Below are positions 1-11,554 of a stretch of DNA of 64,000 nt, piece after piece. A model generated the notes under the pieces. It saw nothing but the letters and a program-made list of their open reading frames with translations, was not told the origin of the DNA and ran no database searches. Within the stretch, counting starts at the first letter, position 1. The number at the start of each line of letters is the position of its first letter. Source of the DNA: Mobula hypostoma (taxonomy: Eukaryota); NCBI RefSeq assembly GCF_963921235.1, contig NC_086109.1, forward strand, positions 8,806,001-8,870,000, given 5' to 3'. The position numbers and the translations under genes are program-made.

Positions 1-1290
1 AGATCCACCTTTCACAATGTGTGACAAAATGACTCCAATGCCATAAGAGGACGCACCACACGTAAGTCTGATGGGCAGGGGTGGGTCATAATGGGTCAGC
101 AGTTCATCGAATGTTATTTGTCTCTTTGTTTCCTTCAATGCTTTTTCACATCTTTCTGACCATTCCTACTTTGCTCCTGTCTGTAACAGCGTGTTCAATG
201 GGTGTAGCACTGTGGCAATGTTTGCGAGAGACCGGTGGTCGTAGTTTACAAGGCCCTGAGTTGTGACACATTTTCCGGTTTGGGAGCCTGTAGCACTGCT
301 TCAGTCTTCTCTTGTGACTGATGGAAGCCCTGCTTGTCAATGACATGTCCACAATATGAGATTTCATCCTTGAAAAACTCACATTTCTCTCGCTTTGCAC
401 GCAGACCTTACTCACTCAGACTGGTAAGCACTTTACCAAGGCTCTGGGGGTGCTCATCATCATTTTTGCCAGTCACGATGATGCCATCAAGGTAATATTG
501 TGTTCCTGGGATACCTTGGAGCACTTGGAGTTCTTTGCCAAATTGCTGGAGCTGATGCGTTGGCAAAGACAAGGCAATTATACTGGAACAGACCCTTGTG
601 GGTGTTGATTGTAAGAAACTTCCTGCTTCACTCCTCAATCTCCATTTGCAGATAGGTTTGTGACAAGTATGTGGAATGGGCTGCCGGCGACGGTGGCAGA
701 GGTGGATACGATAGGGTCTAGAGATTCCTGGACAGGTATATGGAGCTCAGAAAAATAGAGGGCTATGGGTAACCCTAGGTAATTTCTCAGGTAAGGACAT
801 GTTCAGCACAGCTTTGTGGGCCAAAGGACCTGTATTGTGCTGTAGGTTTTCTATGTTTCTACGTTTCTATGTTTCTAAGTCAATCTTTGAAATCCTTTCC
901 CTAGCCTGCCAAAGGTGCAAAAATGTCTTCTATTTGTGGCAGGGGATACTGCATAGTACGGAGCACTGGGCTGATGCTCACCTTGAAATCCCCACATAAT
1001 ACAAACAGCTCCTGTCTTCCCCTTCTTGATCACCGGGACAATGGGCGTGGCCCAATCAGTACATTCAACCTTGGAGCGAATCCCAGACGCCGCCAAGCTC
1101 TGCAGTCAGCATCCACTTTAGGACGTAGTGCATAAGGCACTGGACACGCCTTATGGAATCTTGGTGTTGCTGTTTCATCCAGTTCAATTCTGGCCTTCAT
1201 GCCTTTGAGTTTACCAATCCCCTTCTCAAACACGTTCTCATTAGCATTAAGCCATTGTACCAGTCTCTGGTTAGTGCTACCACCTGGACT
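1..1290 (-). mobile_element. Degenerate Ty3/Gypsy LTR-retrotransposon pol fragment (RT to RNase H), frameshifted; runs off the window start
   Basis: Minus-strand peptides VFEKGIGKLKGMKARIELDETATPRFHKACPVPYALRPKV, DWATPIVPVIKK, VLQGIPGTQYYLDGIIVTGKNDDEH (decayed YLDD motif) in different frames; interrupted by a LINE tail at ~669-877. Confidence 0.85.
669..877 (+). mobile_element. CR1-type LINE 3' end nested in the Gypsy fragment
   Basis: Starts GTGGAATGGGCTGCC and ends in a (TTTCTATG)n tail like the CR1 at 55386-56410; Gypsy sequence resumes after it. Confidence 0.7.
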
Positions 1291-1989
1291 GCCGTTGCCT
1301 GTTGATGGTGGGGGGGTCACTCATCTGTAAAGACCCCGCCCAGAAGACACTGCCCAGAAGAAAGGAACGACAAACAACTTCTGTAGAACAATTTGCCAAC
1401 AGTCATGGTCATGGAAAGACCACGATCGCCCACGTCATACAACATGACAAATGATGATGGTGATGATTACTAAGGTGCAGAATTAGGGTGTAGAATTGTT
1501 ACTTTTCTTGCAGTTGAACTTACCTATGTTTGCTTTTATTTTCATACAATCACCTGTAATATATTGATAATGGCTGGGGTTACCTGTCTTGTCTAGACAC
1601 TGCCCAGAAGAAGGCAATGGTGAACCACTTCTGCAGAAACTTTTGCCAAGAACAATCGTGGTCATGAGACCATGAGAACATGATCGCCATGTCATATAAT
1701 GTGGCACATAACAAACAAACGTATGTAGAGGTATTGGTCAGTATGGACAAATTGGGATGAAGGAAAGATTATGTGCCACACATTGCCATGACACTCAATA
1801 GTTGTAAAAATGTTTACACAGATGGAATAGAGCTGAAATTTATTTTGCAAAGTTTTGTATTGTAATTACATCTGGTGTTTAGATCGGAAAGGAGACGGAT
1901 AGTTATTTTTGAAGGGTAAACCTTTTGTCCATGCAGTACTCAGTTATCTCCTGATTATTCTTTCACCATGTACCTGTTCCATTCAGGTT

Positions 1990-2396
1990 CATCATGATCA
2001 TCATTGTCATTATGTGCTGTGTCCTATGACTCATCAAGATGTGCCATGTCATATGACATGGGTAATCATGGTCTCATGACCATGATTGTTCTTGGCAAAT
2101 TGTTCTACAGAAGTGGTTTGCCATTGCCTTCTTCTGGGCAGCGTTTTAACAAAATGGGTGACCCCAGCCATTATCAATACTCTTCAGAGATTGTCTGCCC
2201 GGCGTCAGTGGTCCCATCACCAGGACTTGTGACATGCACCAGCTGCTCATACGACCATCCACCACCTGATCCCATGGTTTCATGTGACCCTGATCAGGGG
2301 CTAAGCAGATGCTACACCTTGCCCAAGGGTGACCTGCAGGCTAGCAGAGTGACGGAGCACCTCACACCTCCTTTGGTAGAGACGCATCTCCACCCG
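1990..2396 (-). mobile_element. Vingi/RTE-like non-autonomous retroelement (~400 bp); further copies or parts at ~1340-1470, 1567-1720, 7605-7996, 13966-14189, 33517-33626, 34527-34868, 50983-51215
   Basis: Near-identical repeated blocks; GAAGGCAATGGCAAACCAC motif and (GAT)n tail on the element strand; family assignment from motif recognition only. Confidence 0.65.
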
Positions 2397-2589
2397 GTCG
2401 TCCAGTTTAACCCACCTGATGAACGGTCATGACCCGACACGTCGAATGTTTATTCCTCTCCATAGATGCTGCCTGACCTGCTGAGGTTCTCCAGTTATTT
2501 GTGATTTGCTCTAGATTTCCAGCATCTGCAGAACCTCTTGTGCTTAATCCATCGGGATGGAATTGCTGTTTATTCTTGAACGTTTTCAA

Positions 2590-3330
2590 TCTAGTTTACT
2601 CTCTGAGGCTGTGTGTCTGAGAATGTATCTGATGTTTATTCCCTGAGGATTATATCTGGCGCTTACTCTTGGAGCATGCACCTCACGTTTACTCCCCAAG
2701 CATTATTCTCTGTCGGTACAACCAGCATTTTATTCTGTAACAAACGTATCTGACGTTTATTCTGCCAGCTTTACTCAATGTTTACTCCAATAAGTTGTGC
2801 CTAATGTTGATTCTCTGAGCGTGTATGTAAAGTTTATTCTTCAAAAGTAGTTCAGCTTTTCACCCAGAATGAATATCTTGGGTATTTATAGGGTTATTTT
2901 TTTGTTCATTCTCTGAGGGTGTACCTGATGCTTTTTTCTCTGAGGTATCGGGTACTTATTCACAACATTCTCTCTGTTATTTATTATCTCAGGAAGTAGC
3001 TGATATTTATTCCTTGAAGATAAAACGTTGGAGAATAACCACCATTTATTGCCCTCCATTTATTGTTGAAAGATATATCTGGTGCGCATTGTCCAAGGAT
3101 ATTTCTGATGCCTTCTATTTGAGATGAATCTGCTTTTTATTCTCTGAAGATCCGTTAGTTATCAATTCCTTGACAACATATCTTGGCAGATATATGTTGG
3201 GCTTATTCCCTGAGTTTTTGTCAAATGGCTATTATTTAAGGATTCAAGGCTTATGTATTCATTGATAACATATTTAGAGTTTAAAATATTAACTGATGTT
3301 TAGTATCTGACATAGCATCTGATGTTTACA
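2590..3330. repeat. Highly degenerate ~25-bp tandem array (consensus about GTATCTGATGTTTATTCTCTGAGG); more segments to ~10560
   Basis: Recurring TGTTTATTCTCTGA-like cores at ~25-bp spacing, e.g. gtatctgatgtttattccctgagg, gtatctgacgtttattctgcc, gtacctggtgtttattctccgagg. Confidence 0.65.
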
Positions 3331-4682
3331 GATCATAAGGTATAGGACCAGAATATGCCACTTGGCCCATCAAGTCTGCTCTGCCATTTCATCATGGCTG
3401 ATCCATTTCCCTCTCAGCCCCAATCTTCTACCTTCTCCCTATATCCCTTCATGCCCTGACTAATCAATAATCCATCAATATCTACCTTATACATACCCAG
3501 TGACTTGGCTCCCACAGCTGCCTGTGGCAACGAATTCCACAGATTCACCACCCTCTAGCTGAACCATCCGTGGATAATGGACAGATTCTGGTTTTATTAA
3601 TGTCTGTATTTTCATTTTGTCCATAATTCTGAAAACACACAAAAATTAAGATTAAAGATTAGCTTTATTTGTCACAGGTACATCAAAACACACAGTGAAA
3701 TGTGTCATTCGCATCAACGACCAACACAGTCGGAGGATTGTGCCAGGGGCAGCCCACAGCTGTTGCCTGGCCTCTGGTGCCAACAAAGCTTGTCATAACT
3801 TATTAACCCGAGCCCACATCCTTTGGAATGTGGGAGGAAACCCAAGAAGTAACCATACTTCCACAATATTATAAAGAGCGACTACAAAATCACATAAGAC
3901 TGACAAGAAAGGAGAATTACTGAGAGAGAAGAGAGAAAATGAATTAGTTTTATCATTTGTAGGAACAAATGTAAGTACCTAAAGTTTAAGGTTCAAATTA
4001 AATTTATTATATAAATACATGTATATCACCATATACAACCCTGAGATTCTATGTCTTGCGGACATACTCAATATATAACCATAACAGAATCAATTAAAGA
4101 CGCACCAACTGGAGCATCCAACCGGTGTGCAGAAGACAACAGACTGTGCAAATACAAAAAGAAAGAAATAATAAGAAATAAATATCAAGAACGTGAAATG
4201 AAAAGTCCTTGAAGGTGAGTCCATTGGCTGTGGGAACATTTCAGTGATGGGGCAAGTGAAGTCATCCCCTCTGGTTCAAGAGCCTGATGGTCGAGAGGTA
4301 ATAACTGATCCTGAACCTGTTGGTTGAGTCCGGAGGCTCCAGTACCTTCTTCCCGATGGCAACGTGACCAGGCTGGTGGAGGTCCCTGACTCTTATGAAT
4401 TTACTAATATTTTGGGAGCTCGTATGTATATAAGTAATGTCCACTGGTTGGGTGTTTGTGTAACAGGAATGGCTTGTATCGTTTTCAGGATGCTTGTTTT
4501 TATCCTCGGAGGATAATCTATTATTTATTCTCGCAGGATGATGTGTTAACTCTCCGAGACTTTGTTCTCTGTTAATTCTCTGAGATGGTATCTGGTATTT
4601 ATTCTCTGAAAGAAATATCTGATTGTTATTCTCGGGGATATATCAGTTATTTATTATTGAATGTTTATTCTCTGAATATATA

Positions 4683-5239
4683 CAGTACAGTACAGAAGTC
4701 TTAAGCACATACCTGTACAGTATGTACAGCTAGGGTGGCCAAGGCTTTTGCACAGTACTGTATTTATCAATGTGGAGCGGAGAGAGAGAGTTTGTAAATC
4801 TGGCAGAAGCAAAGAATGTTGGGGGTGGTGAGGGTGGACTGCTGTGAGAAGGGTGTGGGGACAGGTGGCAGAGAAGGGGTGCACAGGGACAGTAGGGTTG
4901 GTGCAGGTGCAGACACACCCAGCCCTGACACACCAGGCAAGGTCATTTGATTCCAAACAACTGGTTTATTGATCATTACAGAATTTGTCTCTGGTGCTTC
5001 CCGCTCCCTCATCTGTCCCTTCCCCCTTTTCCCAACCATGATTCCCCTCTCCCTGCCCCCTTCCCACTCTCTGTCCACAATAGAGACCCAGATCAGAATC
5101 AGGTTTATCATCACTTGCATATGTCATGATTTTTCTTTGCGGCAGCAGTGCAGTGCGATGTGTAAAATTACTACAGTATGTGCAAAAATCTTAGGCATCC
5201 TAGCTATATATATGTACCTAAGACTTTTGCACAGTACTG
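4683..5239. mobile_element. Composite Tc1/mariner-type MITE element, copy 1 (two palindromic mini-MITEs bracketing ~410 bp)
   Basis: CAGTACTGTGCAAAAGTCTTAGGCA-type inverted repeats at 4683-4760 and 5174-5239, flanked by TA; interior matches 10798-11178. Confidence 0.75.
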
Positions 5240-6736
5240 TATACAATGTATATTCTTTAAGGATGTACATGGTGTTTATGTCCTGAAGATGTATAAACAC
5301 AGGAGTTTCTGCAGATGCTGGAAATCCAGAGGAACACATACAAAATGCTGGAGGAGCTCAGCAGCTCATGTGGCATCTATGGAAAGGAGTAAAGAGTCAA
5401 TGTTTTGGGCCGAGACGTGTCGTCAGGACTGATGAAGGATGTCAGCCAAAAATATCAGTGGATTATTCCTTTCCGTGAATGCTACATGACCTGCTGAGTT
5501 CCTCCAGTATTCTGTGCGTGTTGCTATATGATGTTTGGTGAGGGTTTGCCTCGTTCTTATTCAACAATGTTTCATTTTGCATTTAATCATTGACGATGCA
5601 GCCTGTAGTATGCACATGGTATTTAATCTGGAGCATTCATTTTGTGTGCATTCTCTCCAGATATACCAGGTACTGAATTTCTTCACTGACTATTTGCCTC
5701 AGATTATATTTTCACTGAGGATTTTTCACAGTCTCTTTACCAATTTTGTTGCTGCCATTTATGCTCTTGGCTTTGACCTAATTTTTTATCCTGTGACATT
5801 CTAACTCTGTTAAATATAGAACATAGAACAGTATAGTACGGGCCCTTCAGCCCACGATGTCGTGCCAACCTCTTAACCTACCCCAAGATCAATCTAACCC
5901 TTCCCTCCTACATAGCTCTCCATTTTTCTATCATCCATGTCTCTTAAATTCTTTCTGCCCCTACCACCACCCCGGCAGAACTTTTCACACACCCACTACT
6001 CTCTGTGTAAAGAACTTACCTCTGACAACACCCCCTATACTTTCTTCCAATCCCCTTAAAATTATGAACCCCTCAATTAGCTAGTGCCACCCTGGGAAAA
6101 AGTCTCCAGCTATCCACTCAGCCTGTGTCCCGTATGATCTTGCACACCCGGGCCAGCATTCTCCCCTCATCCGGGCTGCGGAGAGGCTCTCCGACGGCTT
6201 GTAATTGTCCAGGAAGATCCCAAATTGGCTAGGTGTTATGCTGATACAAGCATCATTGAGTCAATTTTGTCAATAAATCAGAAAATGCATCCAAAAACAT
6301 CACTCTGTATGGTACCCATACCTTCACTGTGCTGTAACAAGCTGCATTCTATCACATAAGACTGAGCAATCACTAAAAGTGGAGAAAAAGGGGAAACTAA
6401 TTTAAAAACTAAGTCCTTAAATATTTCTAATGTATCTGCCTCTACCACCACCATTGGCAGGGCGTTCCACAAATCCACCACTCTCTGTGTAAAAATCCTA
6501 CCTCTGACATCCCCCTATACTTTCCTCCAATCACCTTAGAAATAAGCCCTCTTGTATTCTTTGAAGATGCATTTGGTTTGTAATTGAAGAGGAGGTAACC
6601 ATGGGGACAGAACTAGATCTTATTTTCCGAGAAGTTATCTGCTTCTTCCTCACTTTTATTGAGCCTGCTGTTTATTCTCTTCTACTTAGTCAAACCTTTA
6701 TTCTCAGAGAGTCTACGTTCTTGTGTAGTTTCTCCC

Positions 6737-7320
6737 TGAGATTTGGCATGACATCAAAAACTTTGACAAGCTTCTGTCATTGTGTAGTGGAGAGTGTATT
6801 GACTGGCTGCATTATGGATTCAGCCCAGTACATCATGCATAAAGCCCTCCCCTCCACTGAACGCATCAACATGAAATGCTGCAGTAGGAAAGCAGCATCC
6901 ATGATCAAAGATCCTCACCACCCAGGCCAAGCTCTCTTCTTGCTGCTGCCATCAGGTAGAAGGTACAAGAGCGTCAGGACTCGCACCACCAGGTTCAAGA
7001 GCAGTCACTATACCTCAACCATCAGGCTCTTGGACAAAAGGGGATAACTACACTCACCTGCCCACCTATTGAGATCTTTCCACAATCAATGATCTCACTT
7101 TAAGGACTCTTTATCTCATTATCTCATGTTCTCATTATTTATTGCTATTTATTTATATTTGTATTTGCACAGTTTGTTGTCTTCTACACTCTGATCTTTC
7201 ATTAATCCTGTTATAACTACTATTCTATAGATTTGCTGCATATGCCCGCAAGAAAAAGGATCTCAAGGTTGTATGTGGTGACATATATGTACTCTGCTAA
7301 TAAAATTTACTGTCAACTTT
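6737..7320 (+). mobile_element. Rex1/Babar-type LINE 3' fragment; related fragments at ~3990-4390, 12930-13560, 31660-32235, 35190-35520, 36720-37425, 45020-45285
   Basis: Peptide VESVLTGCI...RKAASMIKDPHHPGQALFLLLPSGRRYKSVRTRTTRFKSS typical of the ORF2 C-terminus, then 3' UTR with AATAAA. Confidence 0.75.
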
Positions 7321-7997
7321 TTAACTGGTGTTTATTTTCTTGGTGTTCATCCAGTGTTTAACCTGTGAGGAAAAATCCGCAGGTTATTTCCCAGAAAACA
7401 TACCTGATGACTATTTTCCAGGGGTTTATCTGGTGTTATTCTCTGCAGTTGGATCCTGTGTTCACTGACGGGATGTATCTGCTGGTGATTGTATTCGTAT
7501 GTACCTGGTATTCTTTTCCTCTGGGAAGCTCTCATCTGCTGAGGTTTGAGGTTGTACCTGGTGTTTATTCTCCGAGGACATATCCATTTGCTTGTTCCTG
7601 AAGGATGTCATCATTATCATCGTCATTATGCGCCATGTCATATGACATGGGCGATCATGGTCTCATGACCAATGCTTGTTATCAGCAATTTTTTTCTGCA
7701 GAAGTCGTTTGCCATTGCCTTCTTCTGGGCAGTGTCTTTACAAGACCGGTGACCCCAGCCATTATCAATACTCTTCAGAGATTGTCTGCCTGGCGTCAGT
7801 GGTCGCATAACCAGGACTTGTGATCTGCACCGGCTGCTCATACGACCATCCACCACCTGCTCCCATGGCTTCAGGTGACCCTGACCTGGGGGCAAAGCAG
7901 GTGCTACACCTTGCCCAAGGGTGACCAGCAGGCTAGCAGAGGGAAGGAGTGCCTTACACCTCCTCTGGTAGAGATGTATCTCCACCCCACCACCCAC

Positions 7998-8966
7998 AAC
8001 GGGATCCCACCACTAAGCACATCTTTCCCTCCCCACCTCTCTCTGCATTCCGCAGGGATCGCTCCCTACACAACTCCCTTGTCCATTCGTCCCCCCCATC
8101 CCTCCCCACTGATCTCCCTCCTGGCACTTATCCGTGTAAGCGGAACAAGTGCTACACATGCCCTTACACTTCCTCCCTTACCACCATTCAGGGCCCCAAA
8201 CAGTCCTTCCAGGTGAGGCATCACTTCACCTGTGAGTCGACTGGGGTGATATACTGCGTCCGGTGCTCCCGATGTGGCCTTTTATATATTGGTGAGACCC
8301 GACGCAGACTGGGAGACTGCTTTGCTGAACATCTACGCTCTGTCTGCCAGAGAAAGCAGGATCTCCCAGTGGCCACACATTTTAATTCCACATCCCATTC
8401 CCATTCTGACATGTCTATCCACGGCCTCCTCTACTGTAAAGATGAAGCCACACTCAGGTTGGAGGAACAACACCTTATATTCCGTCTGGGTAGCCTCCAA
8501 CCTGATGGCATGAACATTGACTTCTCTAACTTCCGCTAGGCCCCACCTCCCCCTCGTACCCCAGCTGTTACTCATTTTTATGCACACATTCTTTCTCTCA
8601 CTCTCCTTTTTCTCCCTCTGTCCCTCTGAATATACCTCTTGCCCATCCTCTGGGTCACCCCCCCCCCGTCTTTCTCCCTAGGCCTCCTGTCCCATGATCC
8701 TCTCGTATCCCCTTTTGCCTATCACCTGTCCAGCTCTCGGCTCCATCCCTCCCCCTCCTGTCTTCTCCTATCATTTTGCATCTCCCCCTCCCCCTCCAGC
8801 TTTCAAATCCCTTACTCACTCTTCCTTCAGTTAGTCCTGACGAAGGGTCTCGGCCTGAAACGTCGACTGCGCCTCTTCCTATAGATGCTGCCTGGCCTGC
8901 TGCGTTCACCAGCAACTTTGATGTGTGTTGCTTGAATTTCCAGCATCTGCAGAATTCCTGTTGTTT
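7998..8966 (+). mobile_element. Penelope-like element, 5'-truncated: GIY-YIG endonuclease region plus 3' terminal repeat
   Basis: Open frame to TAG at 8539: CKRNKCYTC..FTCESTGVIYCVRCSRCGLLYIGETRRRL..EH..HFN..H..EEQHLIFRLGSLQPDGMN; ACCCAC direct repeats at 7992-7997 and 8967-8972. Confidence 0.9.
8833..8868 (+). ncRNA. Minimal type I hammerhead ribozyme motif in the Penelope terminal repeat
   Basis: AGTC-CTGACGA-A-GGGT(CTCG)GCCT-GAAA-C-GTC-GACT: helix I AGUC/GACU, CUGANGA and GAAA core, short helix II, palindromic ACGU helix III, GUC triplet. Confidence 0.75.
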
Positions 8967-9631
8967 ACCCACATCAGGAGGTACTTTGTGTTTATTCTTT
9001 TATTTATTTATTGAGATAAAGTGCTGAATGGGCCCTTCTGGTCCTTTGAGCCATGTCGCCCCCCATTTAATTCTTGCCTAATCATGGGGCAAATTACAAT
9101 GACAAATTAACCTACCAACTGGTACATCTTTGGACTGTGGAGGAAACCAGAGCACCCGGAGGAAACACACACGGTCACAGGGAGAATTCCTTTAGGGCAG
9201 CAGCAGGAATTGGACCAGAGTCTCCTGTACTGTAAAGTGCTGTGTGCTTACCACTACACTACTGTTATTAACCTTGAGGGCAGTATGATTATGATCATCT
9301 GCAGTCTCCTGTGGTCTCCTTTTCTCTTATTGTAATGGAGGCAGGAGAGGATGCAAATGTTGGAACCTGGAGCAATGATCGGGTGGAAAAAACCAGCAGG
9401 TCAAGCAACATGAGTGGTGGAGGGGTGAAAATAATTTTCATCAACTCCTCTTCCCCCCAAACCCACAAATGCTGCTCCATCCACTGAGATGCTCCCCCAT
9501 CAGATTGTTTGTTGCTTAACTCTGTAACATTTCGTTTTGGTTTCTGTAGTTGGAGCTGACAAACAGTGAACATTCGTTCCACGTGAGCCTGGTGTGTCCT
9601 CACTGAGATCTTCTCATGCTCGTATTTAGAG

Positions 9632-10423
9632 CAGGGGTTCTTAACCTGGGGTCTGTAGATAGATTGCAGGGGAGTCCGTCAATTTGGACAGGGAAAAATT
9701 TACACTAACCTCTATCTAAAATTAGGCATTTCCTTCAATTATGAAATTAGATAACAACATATCATCGCGAATCAGGATTTTCAATACTTGTAACCATTAA
9801 GACTAAAATTGAAATCGATTGGATGTCCAATTGGATGTGTGTGTTGCTTTGTCAAAGATCACCCCACAGTTTAATGTTCTTATTCAAGCTTCATGCTGAT
9901 GTGCAAAGTAAAATTTAATTTTAACATGCCTATTCTTTAAATATATAGTCTTGTTATTTAATGCATTATTAAAGAAGCACAAACATTACTATATCATAAA
10001 TTTGTTGTTTTTAAATATTTTGATAACTGTATTTCAATATAATTGGTTTCTTTTGTAATCCTAGGTTTTTTTTATATATATATTTAAATTCATTATTCTG
10101 AGAAAGGGTCCATAGGCTTCACCAGACTGACAAAGGAGTCCATAGTCTTCACTGGACTGACAAAGGGGTTCATAGATTTACTGGATTGACAAAGGGGTCC
10201 ATAGGCTTCAGCGGACTGACAAAGGGACCATAGGCTTCACCGGATTGACAAAGGGGTCCATAGTCTTCACCGGACTGACAAAGGGGTCCATTGTCTTCAC
10301 CAGACTGACAAAGGGGACCATAATCTTCACTGGACTGACAAAGGGGACCATAGTCTTCACCAGACTGGCAAAGGGGACCATAGTCTTCACCAGACTGGCA
10401 AAGGGACTGACAAAGAATCTCTG
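9632..10423. mobile_element. Non-autonomous hAT (Charlie-like) DNA transposon with internal tandem expansion
   Basis: Left TIR CAGGGGTTCTT, degenerate right TIR AAGAATCTCTG; 8-bp TSD ATTTAGAG (9624-9631) / GTTTAGAG (10424-10431). Confidence 0.75.
10103..10404. repeat. Minisatellite, 10 x ~30 bp (GGGGTCCATAGTCTTCACCAGACTGACAAA)
   Basis: Ten head-to-tail units counted directly, no spacers. Confidence 0.95.
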
Positions 10424-10725
10424 GTTTAGAGGGTGTATTGGCTACTTATTTACCAAATAAGTACTCTTCAAAAGCAACAGTTGTTTGTTCTTTGAGAACT
10501 CATCTAATTGTTATAATATTCAGGGATATCTGTTGACTTTTCCCTGACCTATGATTGTGTGGCAGTTTTATGGAATCTGAGAACGCCTCTGGATTTGGAC
10601 TGTTGTCTACTTGTATGTTTCAGAGATGGAGTCAGAGTCGGGTTTAACGTCACTGGCAAATGTCATGAAATTTGCTGTTTTGCGATACAGAATAAAAATC
10701 ACTATAAATTACAATAAAATATATA

Positions 10726-11245
10726 CAGTACTGTGCAAAAGTCTTTGGTACATATACAGTCTATAGCTGGGGTGCCTAGGATTTTTGCACAGCACTGTAT
10801 TTGTCGAAGTGGAGTGGAGAGTGAGTTTGTAAATCTGGTCGGAGCAAAGGACGTTGGCAATGGAGAGGGTGAGGCACCAGAGGAGGGGTGTGGGCAGTGG
10901 CTCAGGTACAGACACACCCAGCCACGAGACACCAGTCAAGGTGATTTGATTCCAAACGATTAGTTTATTGATCACTACGGAATGTGCCTCTGGTGGTTCC
11001 TACTCCCTCACCCCTCCCCACCCCTTTTCCCAACCATGATTCCCCTCTCCCTGCCCTGTTCCCACTCTCCGTCCATAATAGAGACCCATATCTGAACCAG
11101 GTTTATCATCACTCACATGTTATGAAATTTGTTTTTATTTCTTGCAGCAGCAGTACAGTGCAATACATAAAATTACTGTAGTACTGTGCAAAAGTCTTAG
11201 GCAGATATATAGAGCTGGGGTGCCTAAGACTTCTGCACAGTACTG
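10726..11245. mobile_element. Composite Tc1/mariner-type MITE element, copy 2
   Basis: Mini-MITEs at 10726-10797 and 11179-11245; interior homologous to copy 1; inserted in a LINE 3' tail. Confidence 0.75.
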
Positions 11246-11474
11246 TAGTAATTATATACATCTAAATTAAATAAGAAGTGTAAAAGTTGAGGTGGTGTAC
11301 ATGGGTTCCGTGTCCATTCAGAAATCTGATGGCAGGAGGAAGAAGCTGTTCCTAAAGTGCTGAGTGTGTGTCTTCATTCTCCTGTTCCTCCTCCTTGATG
11401 GTAACTTGATGGTGTTTCCTAGCAGAGGCACCGATATACAGATTGGGAAAGATGCATCTTAAGTTCATATAGAA

Positions 11475-11554
11475 AAGGGGTTCCCAACCTTTTTTATGCC
11501 ATGGACCAATACCATTAAGCAAGGGTTCTGTGGACCCCAGATTGGGAACACCTG
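11475..11554. mobile_element. ~65-80-bp hAT MITE; other copies at ~12610-12683, 21433-21505, 25222-25290, 30694-30773, 35790-35870, 54954-55016, 60899-60979, 63335-63423
   Basis: TIR CAGGGGTTCCCAACC...GGTTGGGAACCCCTG; 8-bp TSDs, e.g. TGCTAGAG/CGCTAGAG at 54946-54953 and 55017-55024. Confidence 0.8.

Noticed and set aside
10103..10460. 30-bp repeats as a CRISPR array, or ORFs 10208-10390 and 10245-10460 as repeat proteins
   Set aside because: Units are contiguous with no unique spacers, the context is vertebrate, and the ORFs are by-products of a minisatellite inside a hAT element
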